Shown here in pieces: positions 43,694 to 53,059 of a stretch of DNA of 62,194 bases. This DNA is from a virus (lineage: Duplodnaviria; Heunggongvirae; Uroviricota; Caudoviricetes), in IMG/VR virus record IMGVR_UViG_3300000304_000005, positions 64,001 through 126,194 of that record; one strand, given 5' to 3'. The notes under the pieces are model-generated. The model saw only the letters and a program-made list of their open reading frames with translations. It was not told where the DNA came from and made no database searches. Position numbers and translations under genes: made by a program. The stretch's first letter is position 1; every line of letters starts with the position of its first letter.

Positions 43694-43726
43694 AGCTCTG
43701 TAGCGTCTATGCTATGGGGCTTTTTT
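43694..43726 (+). terminator. Intrinsic terminator
   Basis: AGCTCTGTAGC-GTCTAT-GCTATGGGGCT followed by TTTTT. Confidence 0.65.
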
Positions 43727-44630
43727 GTTATGACTTTAATTCAAGGTTGTTTTAAAAACAGTATTGGAAAATGACATATCGTTGTCAGTTATATTCGTTA
43801 TCAACGATACTAATTTCAATATTGTGTATTAGTTTAAAACAAGGGTGTTTGTGTTTGTTTTAAATATACCCTACATATTGTGTTTAAGCATCTATGAAAA
43901 CACTATATATAGATTGTTTATATTTATGTAGATAAGCGGAAATGTTTTCTAAATTTAATTAGCCACCTTTATTTTAAAGGCATCTTGTTGTGACTAATAT
44001 ACCTATTACCCTAGTGTGATTATAAGGAACTATGTAGACGGGTATTGTTTGGCGTTATTTTTATATGATTTTTGGTTGGTTGATTTATTTGTAATGAACA
44101 ATGTTGTGCATGAATTATTCGATTGGTTGATATTGAGGTTGATGTTTGTGCGTGGTCGATTCAATGAGATTTAATGTTTTGTTGTAGCGATATAGCTTTA
44201 AATTTTGATTTTGGATTTTTTGTCGTTGCTTCATGTGTTCCGGTGATATCTGATGGTGTTTGGGATGGTGTTGGGTGTGATATTTTTTTTGTATTTATTT
44301 TTATGTTGTTTTTATGTTGTTTAGGTTGCTTTGATTTGATGTTAATTTTTATGTTGACTGTTTGTGTTGACTGTTTTGGTTTTGGTATGTCGCGTGTCGA
44401 TTGTGTTTTGGTTCGTAGTGTGTGGATGAACCACATTAGGTCCATTTTGGCTGATTTGTCCGTTTTGTCCGTTTAAACGTACCCCACTTTTAACCTATGC
44501 AAACAACCCGAAAAACCTTGCATTCGCCAAAGATAATATTTGTACCATGGGGCTATCTTTTTGTGCGCCATAGTTTCACGTGAAACCATACCCGCTATTT
44601 TAAGGTTGCAGCGTTTTATATTAAGAGACA

Positions 44631-44768
44631 AGTTTTCAACAGTTTCAACAGTTTCAACAAAAGTTTTCAACAACCAAACTAAGTTTTCAACAGGTTTTCA
44701 ACAGGTTTTCAACAGATATCCCGGAGTTTTCAACAGATTTTCAACAGCAAACAGAAAATTTTCAACAG
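44631..44768 (+). repeat. Ten direct copies of TTTCAACA
   Basis: Ten copies counted in 138 bp, many tandem with 9-10 bp periodicity. Confidence 0.9.
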
Positions 44769-45942
44769 GCTGTGGAAAACTGGAAAAATATCACGGAACA
44801 TTAATATAACAACGGAAAACATAGCACACACAACATCAAACGCAACATCAAGCATCACACAAAACATAAGCCCCAAACATATCCCAAACAATACATAACG
44901 CATACGACGCAAAACAAAACATTGCAAAATATCATACACATATCAAACACCGAACACATACAGTCAAACAATATTATCTGTTTATCTATTACCGTTATCC
45001 ATTACTTTGTTATCATTATCTATTTATCCTTTATCTTTATCATTATTCGTTATATTGCTATCATTATCTATCATATCATTATCATTATATATTATTGATA
45101 CTATCTATTGACTACTTGCTATTATATATTACTACTACTATACATAACGTTACCGATATTTATACACTATTACCAATACTATTCTTTAACAACTAATCAT
45201 TATTTATAAACCTCACAACATCCAACATTAACAATACAGAACATAGACAACCAAACATTAATTAGCAACCATATAATATTAGATATCAACAATAGAAAAC
45301 ATGGATAACTAATTATCATTTATCTATCTATTATCATTTAACATTGGCAATATCGCGCATAGATAAATTATTTCTATGTCGATAATACCTATCATTTTTT
45401 ATTAACAATATAGAATATCTATTATTAAATACCATTTACTAATCTATTATCATAATCTATTAACAATGTTTTACATCGAATAATTATCATTTCCCATTGT
45501 TCATATAGAACATTAAAAAACCAATAGCTATCATTAACAATATTTTTCATTAATCTATTACCATTATTCGCAAATAGATTATCATTCGATATTATTTATC
45601 ATAATTTTTTTACAGTTTTATATAAAATATCATCAAGATAATTTTAAATATAAGCCCCAACCCAAAGCGAATATTATACAGACTTTTTTGCATAAAACCA
45701 AACTTATAATAAAAGCGCAGGTAAACGGTACCGTTAAAATGCGTTTTATGGCGATATGCACGCATACCACGAATACTTATACCGTTTATGCAAAACCCAC
45801 CCCTAAAACGTCTCTCATTGGCTTATAACGGTATGCCTAGAGTGGGTTATTAATTAAGTTATCCAAGAACAAACTGTTTGTCATATATCATTACTGAACA
45901 TTAGCTAAACAGTTTGATATCAAATAATTATGTACCTCATAA

Positions 45943-46063
45943 TTAGGTACATTGCTATTAGGTACCGTACAATTATCAATTAGGTACCTAACAATGATAT
46001 ACAAACCAATTAGGTACCTTGCTAAACAATATCAAAACATTAGGTACCGTAACTATTAGGTAC
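45943..46063 (+). repeat. Six TTAGGTAC copies (seventh at 46448)
   Basis: Copies at 45943, 45958, 45980, 46010, 46040 and 46056. One is the 12-bp palindrome TTAGGTACCTAA. Confidence 0.9.
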
Positions 46064-46544
46064 ATAACGAAAAATTGCACACTCAAAACCACGCCAAAAA
46101 CAACGCGACGCAAACACGCGCAAATGCCCATATAAGCCACTGTAACGACGTTTAAGGGCATTTGAAACGAATACCGCCTAACTACTCCAACCGACAAATA
46201 AACACGCCTTAAAACGCCTTGCAATGGCGCTAACAAGGTTTGCGCAGGTAAAACTATATAAACAAACAAATACTATTATCTACCTGCGCTTTTACCGTTC
46301 ACCGGTAATTTTATACCGTTCGCCCCTACGTCAACAATAGACATTAATATAAAACGTAATCAATACAACATAAAATATAAAACCTAGCTATCATAAAACA
46401 TTATATTCTTATCGTTTCTTGTTAAGCTTTAACTCCACTCAAAACAGTTAGGTACCGAACTTTATACGCGAAACCTGCATAAAACCCTGTATTTATGCAT
46501 TTTAGAATGTGAAGACTTTATGAAAACCGCAGGTAAAGTCATAG

Positions 46545-46573
46545 TTGACTTTTAGCTTTATGCGTCGTATCTT
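46545..46573 (+). promoter_or_regulatory. Sigma70/SigA-type promoter of the first early unit
   Basis: TTGACT-17 bp-TATCTT, with a TGTGAA-N5-TATGAA box at 46508-46524. Confidence 0.65.
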
Positions 46574-46579
46574 GATAAC

Positions 46580-46837
46580 CGTCGAAGGGGCACAACCCCA
46601 ACGGCGCGTACTTTACCAACTGTATGCCAGCGACGCGACGCGCTCACCTATGCGCGACGTGGCAAACCGGAAACGCTGCGAAACGGGGGTTTCGTGAGAG
46701 TCCGGCAAGCGTGAGAGCCGGTATACAGTGTGCTACGGCCATAATTGGTATGGTACTGGTACCTTGAGAATTGTATAAAGTTTACCTAGGGAAACCTAGA
46801 AGATGTTCGAGGGATATGCCGAACATATCATAAAACG
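46580..46837 (+). ncRNA. GC-rich structured leader or candidate ncRNA
   Basis: No ORF. Hairpins CTAGG-GAAA-CCTAG (46786-46799), ATGTTCG/CGAACAT (46803-46826), CCGGC/GCCGG (46702-46721); several GNRA-type loops. Confidence 0.5.
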
Positions 46838-46928
46838 ATAACTTCATAGCCTCTTATAGTGGGTTGTCCTACGTGGTGGTTACTTAACGTGCTACCAATA
46901 TATCACGAAACGATAAGGAGATAACATT

Positions 46929-47288
46929 ATGATTGAGACTACAGTTTTCGAGCTTGAAGTCGGCGAAAGTTGCGACGTATGCGCAGGCTTTAAGTTTGGC
47001 ATCGGCCAACTTGTTGACGTTCTCCAAGATGCAAAAAATATCGTCAAATATTATGAAAGTGATATTTTGTACGATGCTGTTACTCTTGGGGGTTTGCAAG
47101 CTGCAATTATGCAAGACCCTATGGCATATAATAATTGCATAAAGCGCGTTTGGGCTTTGCGCCCAACTGGTACCGACCTTGTATCGCTCGAATCTTGGGA
47201 TAAATACGTTAGTTATAAACAACGCGCCAAACATGCATTTATTATCACGATATGTGAAAACGGATTTAAATTTAAACGCATCATTTAA
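46929..47288 (+). CDS. Hypothetical early protein
   Basis: 119 aa, AAGGAG RBS. Confidence 0.8.
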   Translation: MIETTVFELEVGESCDVCAGFKFGIGQLVDVLQDAKNIVKYYESDILYDAVTLGGLQAAIMQDPMAYNNCIKRVWALRPTGTDLVSLESWDKYVSYKQRAKHAFIITICENGFKFKRII

Positions 47289-47354
47289 TATTAAGGTAGT
47301 CACTTTGAGTGACTACCACGTGGGACAACACACAAATAATATTGGAGGTTAATA

Positions 47355-47702
47355 ATGAAACTTCGTAGTATGTCCGCAACTGTTGAGCGCCATTCCATCG
47401 ACGTTATTGTCAAGGAAACGGGAGAAATTGTATCTATTCCAGATGCATTTATCCTTAAGTCCTACAGGTCTATTGTTGCTGTATATCCGTTCAATGATAA
47501 CAAACTTTATCTACTGCCACGATACGACTATAGCAATACGACGTGGAAGCACCTGCATGCATTCGTGCAAGACTATTGCGAGCCTAACATTCCCGACTAT
47601 TGCGCTAGCGTGATTCATTCGTGTGAATCCGGCAAGCTGAATAATAACGATTATGTGTTTTGTTCAGGTTGGTACGATGGCATGAGGGAATTGGCCTATT
47701 AA
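47355..47702 (+). CDS. Hypothetical early protein
   Basis: 115 aa, GGAGG RBS; YSxTTxKH motif. Confidence 0.8.
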   Translation: MKLRSMSATVERHSIDVIVKETGEIVSIPDAFILKSYRSIVAVYPFNDNKLYLLPRYDYSNTTWKHLHAFVQDYCEPNIPDYCASVIHSCESGKLNNNDYVFCSGWYDGMRELAY

Positions 47703-47850
47703 CGCTCACGCGCGGGGCAACCTACTATAAGGGGCTATGGAGTTATCATAAAACAAAATGATATCGGGATAACGTTTCATGTTAATTCGAGAGTCTTTCA
47801 TGTAGGGCGCATAATATATTTCGATAAGTTCTAAGCTTTGGAGGTATATT

Positions 47851-48135
47851 ATGAGAACTCAAGAACAGATTGCCGCCGCCGCTCAAAAAAAGAACGTGGC
47901 GTTTGAGATTGTAAAACGCGAATGGCGCATGTATGACGGTTTTGAAGTTGCGTTTGCAAGCGCTTTTGACGGATATTGCACTAACTCATGGTGTTCGTTC
48001 GTTGACTTTGAGGACGGTAACGGTCTTACGCTCATATGGTGTGATGCAAGAACACCCACCAAAACCGAACGCATGTTTGCTGAACGTCTGTTGTATCAAA
48101 ACTCTAATTTACATGTATGTGATTGGACTTTTTAG
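47851..48135 (+). CDS. Hypothetical early protein
   Basis: 94 aa, GGAGG RBS. Confidence 0.8.
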   Translation: MRTQEQIAAAAQKKNVAFEIVKREWRMYDGFEVAFASAFDGYCTNSWCSFVDFEDGNGLTLIWCDARTPTKTERMFAERLLYQNSNLHVCDWTF

Positions 48136-48265
48136 GCGCAAAACGTTATGCGCCTTACCTGAAAGACTCTAGGAATGTTCATAGCCTATCATGCAGGGTA
48201 CGCAATGCAAAAAACGTATTGCAAACGCAATATAAAACGTAAACTGCTATATGATTGGAGTTATC

Positions 48266-48433
48266 ATGGATAAGTGGGATGTTTATTATGAGATGTTGGA
48301 GCATATGAGTGGCGAGGAACTTGCCTATCATCTTGTAGCTGCAATGTCAACTAATGAGGCGATTGAAAATTTTGAATACATCGACAGCTGCCACGACTTA
48401 GGAATTTTTAACGAGGACGAGGACGAGGATTAA
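48266..48433 (+). CDS. Small acidic early protein
   Basis: 55 aa from MDKW, GGAG RBS; ends EDEDED. Confidence 0.75.
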   Translation: MDKWDVYYEMLEHMSGEELAYHLVAAMSTNEAIENFEYIDSCHDLGIFNEDEDED

Positions 48434-48532
48434 CACAAGATGTTGTGTACCTTGCATGATAGGCTATGAACAAAATGACAATGGTTTCTAGCGTGGGAAA
48501 CTACACGGAAACACACTAGGAAAGGTGGAAAA

Positions 48533-48760
48533 ATGCACGAGATTCACAACATTCACAAGTGGTACAAGTCAAGCGTTTTTGACGCTATCGGAATGGCTAT
48601 CGATAAAGCTTTTGAGCATGGATATTTTCCATCGGAAAATTTAAACGATTGGCTTGATTCACGAGAAGCGCATAATATGCCGGACTTTGCATGGTACGCC
48701 GTTCTGGCAGTTGTGCGTGGAATGGAGGGTATCGAAAGCGCTAGGGAGATGGAAAATTAG
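48533..48760 (+). CDS. Hypothetical early protein
   Basis: 75 aa, GAAAGGTG RBS. Confidence 0.75.
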   Translation: MHEIHNIHKWYKSSVFDAIGMAIDKAFEHGYFPSENLNDWLDSREAHNMPDFAWYAVLAVVRGMEGIESAREMEN

Positions 48761-48910
48761 CGCGACGTGATAGGTTGGAAAATGCTCCAACCCTCACGCT
48801 AGAAACCATTGCAAAGCCTATTACACTTGGCACAGTAGCACACTTTATATAAAATATATAGAGTGTGCTATTATGAGGGCTACAAACAAACAACAGAAAG
48901 GAAACAAGAA

Positions 48911-49210
48911 ATGATTATGGAGAACGTGCGTGATTGTACGGAAAATTCGTTTTTTGATATTGACAAAATTTGCCAAATGTGCATCACGCGAAACCTATAC
49001 ACTTGGGGGGATTGCAAGGATTATTCTTGTATGCTCAACTTTGCACACAACGCTAATGTTACAACGGAAAATCTTATCACGATAGCGCAAGATATTGCGG
49101 AACATAGCGACCTGCAAGCCTATGGATGTTCTTATCGTGAAGCGGTGGAAAATTTCATCTATGTGCTTGCAAATGAATGCGTTATTAGGCAATTTACGGT
49201 TTTGTGGTAA
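48911..49210 (+). CDS. Hypothetical early protein
   Basis: 99 aa after GAAAGGA RBS; extended -10 TGcTATTAT at 48866-48874. Confidence 0.75.
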   Translation: MIMENVRDCTENSFFDIDKICQMCITRNLYTWGDCKDYSCMLNFAHNANVTTENLITIAQDIAEHSDLQAYGCSYREAVENFIYVLANECVIRQFTVLW

Positions 49211-49314
49211 CTTTCAGTCTGCTAACTTGAAACATAGTTGGCAGGTATGAGGGCTACTAACTCTCAAAGGGCAAAAGGACAAAGGCATTAAACGGAAAAT
49301 TTGAAGGGCAAACC

Positions 49315-49599
49315 ATGAAAAAGCGCATTAAGACTATCCCCGGTGTTCCACGTCAATACATGTATACCGGTGTGTCGTGTTTTCTTGTATACGGAAAAAC
49401 AAACATCCAAGCGCGTTATGGCGTGTTCGGTATCGTTGATGGGCAAGTAAAGCAGGTTAAGCGTCTTACGTCTGCAATGTGTTTTAATCGTATGGACTAC
49501 GCTAATGCTCGGAAATTTGCGGATTTGTGCGAAAATATGTATCCTGAATATCGTTTTGAGGTTCGGGAACATGTGCGCTTGTTTCGTAAGTGGGATTAG
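49315..49599 (+). CDS. Basic hypothetical early protein
   Basis: 94 aa, GAAGGG RBS. Confidence 0.7.
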   Translation: MKKRIKTIPGVPRQYMYTGVSCFLVYGKTNIQARYGVFGIVDGQVKQVKRLTSAMCFNRMDYANARKFADLCENMYPEYRFEVREHVRLFRKWD

Positions 49600-49651
49600 T
49601 TCGGAAAATTGTCGCGCTATTACGCGGAAAATTAGGAAAGGAAACATAACA

Positions 49652-49837
49652 ATGCGTAAGTATCTTGTATCGTTCTATGTTAATGACGATATGGATTCTA
49701 TTGAGTTCTATTCTGATTATCGGCGCGGCTCTAAGGCTAATCGTGCCGATGCAATGGCGGAAATTCGCAAGCGTAAGGGAGATTATATCGCTAATCGTGC
49801 GGAAATTTATGCTATCGTTCGTGACCTTACCGACTAG
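49652..49837 (+). CDS. Small early protein, paralogous to 56775-56957
   Basis: 61 aa from MRKYLV, GAAAGGA RBS; SDYRRGSKANRADA motif. Confidence 0.75.
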   Translation: MRKYLVSFYVNDDMDSIEFYSDYRRGSKANRADAMAEIRKRKGDYIANRAEIYAIVRDLTD

Positions 49838-49927
49838 TATATGATGATTTTATGGAGATTCTTAAACGTCATGACCTATCGGAAAATTGGCAGTAATATA
49901 TTGCCAGTTGGAAAATTGTTCGGCTGA

Positions 49928-50179
49928 TTGGAGCGGAAAATGGAGCACGTCACGATTAAACCTAGCGGTATCATGGTTGAGTGCGAGAAGAGGCGGGAAC
50001 CCCGTGAATTGTCGGACTATGAAAAGGCTTTGCTATTAATCAATAAGGCTTATGAGTCGGAAGATTACGACGCATACGAACTGCGCTTGAATCGTGCCGC
50101 CGCAAAGTTCAAAAAGCCTGTTTGGTTGGTTGAGGATGACGCAACAGATGTTAGATTGTGGGGTGTTGATTATAATTAA
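49928..50179 (+). CDS. Hypothetical early protein
   Basis: 83 aa from TTG (or ATG at 49940). Confidence 0.65.
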   Translation: MERKMEHVTIKPSGIMVECEKRREPRELSDYEKALLLINKAYESEDYDAYELRLNRAAAKFKKPVWLVEDDATDVRLWGVDYN

Positions 50180-50233
50180 CTAATCGGAAAATTAACAGAA
50201 CGGAAAATTAACATTAAATGATTGGAGTAAAGC

Positions 50234-50404
50234 ATGATGTATCTGGAAAATCCTCACACTGGCAACATGATTCCTGTTCCCTCTATTACTGTTTCTAGGG
50301 AGGATTTGAGGGCGTTGTCTGAAGAGATGGAAAAGAATCCTAATGGCGATATACTTTCTATCGCTATGGCTGCAAGCAAACGTAAGCAAATGATGGAAAA
50401 TTAA
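50234..50404 (+). CDS. Small hypothetical early protein (56 aa)
   Basis: GGAG RBS; MMYLENPHTGNMIPVP...; followed by a terminator. Not in the ORF track. Confidence 0.65.
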   Translation: MMYLENPHTGNMIPVPSITVSREDLRALSEEMEKNPNGDILSIAMAASKRKQMMEN

Positions 50405-50416
50405 TATATTATATTA

Positions 50417-50448
50417 TGGGGCAATCATATCGGTTGCCCCATTTTTTT
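50417..50448 (+). terminator. Intrinsic terminator
   Basis: TGGGGCAA...TTGCCCCA followed by a T-tract. Confidence 0.8.
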
Positions 50449-51068
50449 ATTTGCGTATAATTGTGGAGATTTTGCATATTTATATAAAATCACTTGACGA
50501 AACGGAAAATTTATGTTCTCTATAAAAAACAACTTTCACATTCTCGCCACATATTACCGCTCAAAACGACATGTATATTATGCATGGAAAATTGCATAAC
50601 CGCACCCCAATAACAAAACCGCAGGTAAACGGCTTGTTGTAATGCCCCTAAAAGGCTTTATACATTCAGGGCTGGAATACTTGTATCCTTATGCGAAACA
50701 CGTCGGAAAAATCGATACTATAGCGCCATATAAGGGCAATTCTGAAACGGAAAATTAGATGTTATGCATCTGCAAATCGAACGTTATTCAGGCGGTATCG
50801 GAGCAATAATCAGTGGTTGGAAAATTGCTATTGACATTGATTGTGGTTTGTGATACACGTTTACAACCATATAAAAAATCAAAAGTCAATGGTCAATCGG
50901 AAAATCATATAGCCTATACAAATGAATTATCGCTCGTACAATTATGTAGGAATTATGTATTTGATTCTGAACGGAAAATCAAGCGGTAACCATGCTAATA
51001 TATAGACAGTTGAAAGAACGATAGTTCAAAGACAACGGATTGAAAACAGCATACGGAAAGGAAGCACG

Positions 51069-51425
51069 ATGGACTACAATGAGATGGAAAATATGTGGAA
51101 CGACCTTTATAAGTTCGACACTTATGGTAACGTAGCCGATAGCGACTGTATGGATGCATTCTATGGTGAGCTGTACGATATGATGGACAAAATGACCACC
51201 GATGAAGTGAGGATGTTTGCCACAAAAATGGCGTGTGACGCGGTGTTTTATAAGAATGGTTTTAAACATTGGAATAATGCGTATTGGAATATTTACCATA
51301 ATTCACGCAAAAAGCTTACAAAAATTTGTGGCTTAGCGCAAGATATGATGGTTAAAGGGACAAACAACGCTTTGGAAATTACTAAAATTGCTATTAGGTG
51401 GGATACGATTTTGGGGAACGATTAG
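51069..51425 (+). CDS. Hypothetical early protein
   Basis: 118 aa after a boxed promoter. Confidence 0.75.
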   Translation: MDYNEMENMWNDLYKFDTYGNVADSDCMDAFYGELYDMMDKMTTDEVRMFATKMACDAVFYKNGFKHWNNAYWNIYHNSRKKLTKICGLAQDMMVKGTNNALEITKIAIRWDTILGND

Positions 51426-51688
51426 TTCCCCTTTTTTATTGCGTGGAAAATTATGTAGATTCTATGAATCGGAAAATTATCACGCTAGCAACCTGCAACC
51501 ATGCTATTATATATATAGTCGATAGTCGAAGACGCGGAAAACAGACGCGGCAGGGGCAGCAAAGAATCGTTACACATTCTCTACAGTTCTATATATATTA
51601 AACGGAAAATTTGTTTGTGAAGACTATGTGAAGCTAAGAATCCTATGTTAACATATAAGTACGGTAACACCTTACAGATTGGAGAAAC

Positions 51689-51874
51689 ATGTCTAACACC
51701 ATTTTCGACACTGATTTTGAAGGCAGCGAAAAGATTATCGTATACATTGGCGGTAAATTTGCGTATGAAGGTATCATTGACAATCTTACAGACGAACAGA
51801 AACGCAAATATTCCCGATGCGATTGGTACAATCTTGCAGGGTATGAGAACTACGATATTGTTTTCATTGGTTAA
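51689..51874 (+). CDS. Small hypothetical early protein
   Basis: 61 aa, GGAG RBS; terminator at 51881-51913. Confidence 0.7.
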   Translation: MSNTIFDTDFEGSEKIIVYIGGKFAYEGIIDNLTDEQKRKYSRCDWYNLAGYENYDIVFIG

Positions 51875-52021
51875 CTTTATGGGTGTAAGCGTCATGCTTG
51901 CACCCTATTTTTTATGTTCATATAATTGTGAAGAAAATGTGAGACTGGAAAACCTCACGCACACCAACAACAGACCTGCTAATATATAGGTAGCACAAAA
52001 AACCAAACGGAAGGATAAACC

Positions 52022-52267
52022 ATGTGCAACGCAGAAATCATCCATAACGCACAAATGCTCGCCGGTGTGTTTGAAGAGTGCCACACCTATGGAAGGTGGA
52101 AGTCTATGGGTTATCAGGTCAAGCGCGGTTCTAAGGCGTTGTTTAAGGCAACCATTTGGAAATATACGAGCAAGAAGAACATAGAAACCGATGATGAAGA
52201 GTCACGTATGTTTATGAAAACGGCTAGTTTCTTTGGGCGTTCTCAAGTTGAGCGCATTGGCGTGTAA
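52022..52267 (+). CDS. ArdC N-terminal-like ssDNA-binding protein
   Basis: TYGRWKSMGYQVKRGSKA...IWK...FFGRSQVE resembles the ArdC-N pattern (recalled, not searched). Confidence 0.6.
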   Translation: MCNAEIIHNAQMLAGVFEECHTYGRWKSMGYQVKRGSKALFKATIWKYTSKKNIETDDEESRMFMKTASFFGRSQVERIGV

Positions 52268-52362
52268 ATTTGTTCGTTCAAATTAAAAAGATTAAGTGAC
52301 ACAATGTTGATATCAGGGTACGGGAAATTTAAATCCGTACCATGCTTTTGAAAGGAAAATTT

Positions 52363-52500
52363 ATGATACACCCTTGTAAATATGGTAATGTATGTCGCAT
52401 GTATTGGGAGCGTTTTCGTGTTATTTTGTCTGTAAATTGTCCGTTTGAATGTCCTTTTTACAAGCCAAAGAAGAAAAAGAAATGTGAAGAGAATATGTAA
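52363..52500 (+). CDS. Small Cys-containing ORF (45 aa)
   Basis: GAAAGGA RBS; MIHPCKYGNVCRMYW...CPFECPFY. Confidence 0.5.
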   Translation: MIHPCKYGNVCRMYWERFRVILSVNCPFECPFYKPKKKKKCEENM

Positions 52501-52578
52501 ACAAAAATTCTCACGTACAACAGGTAAAACAGTGGTAATATATAAATGTCAAAGGAAACGCAAATGAAAGGTTGAGCA

Positions 52579-52755
52579 ATGACTTGCTGGGGTATCGAGG
52601 TTCAGGGTTTTGTGATTCATGACAGCAAGCTTGAGAAGATTTTCGAGCTTAGCGAGCAGGATTACGAAACCTATTGCAAGGTTAATCGTTCGCGCATCGT
52701 GTCTGAGGGCCTTTGGTTCGATGATGATAAACTACACGCGCGTTTCGGCATGTAA
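52579..52755 (+). CDS. Small hypothetical early protein (58 aa)
   Basis: GAAAGG RBS directly after a boxed promoter. Confidence 0.65.
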   Translation: MTCWGIEVQGFVIHDSKLEKIFELSEQDYETYCKVNRSRIVSEGLWFDDDKLHARFGM

Positions 52756-52788
52756 GCTTTTGGGTAGTTAACGAATGGAGCAAACAAA

Positions 52789-53007
52789 ATGGTGGCTTAT
52801 AACGAGTTGAATCCTATCGAGCAGATGATTTTGAATTGGCGCAATGATAATCCTGTTTTTGTTATTGTCGCTCTTATTCTTTTTGTATTTATTATTATCG
52901 CATGCATTATTATCGAATACAATCACAATCAGAAAATTGAGCAGATGAAAATCAGTAGGCATCGCAAGAATATGCGTCGATGGATTAAGATGAATGGAGG
53001 GCTGTAA
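52789..53007 (+). CDS. Small single-pass membrane protein
   Basis: Hydrophobic VFVIVALILFVFIIIACIII segment and basic tail. Confidence 0.7.
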   Translation: MVAYNELNPIEQMILNWRNDNPVFVIVALILFVFIIIACIIIEYNHNQKIEQMKISRHRKNMRRWIKMNGGL

Positions 53008-53059
53008 TTAATATTATACACTACATTTAAATTGCAAGATTTTATAGAAAGGTATTACA

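Larger units (their letters stand above)
46721..48850 (+). other. System of long-range stems enclosing five early ORFs
   Basis: Arm pairs: 46838-46869/47715-47746, 46863-46887/47305-47329, 47790-47814/48146-48170, 48176-48204/48444-48472, 48479-48497/48793-48811, and outer 46721-46736/48835-48850. Confidence 0.85.

Noticed and set aside
44631-46063. CRISPR array
   Set aside because: Repeats are 8-10 bp with short irregular spacing, there are no 25-40 bp unique spacers, and no cas genes.
44161-46269. ORFs 44161-44445, 44174-44476, 44473-44673, 44540-44809, 44730-44939 and 45988-46269
   Set aside because: Products of compositional skew and short repeats, with low-complexity translations and no RBS.
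46838-48811. Transposon, MITE, shufflon or integron cassettes as the source of the early inverted repeats
   Set aside because: Arms differ between units, no target duplications or recombinase gene are seen, and deviations are G-U compatible on one strand only. A plus-strand ssDNA role is not excluded.
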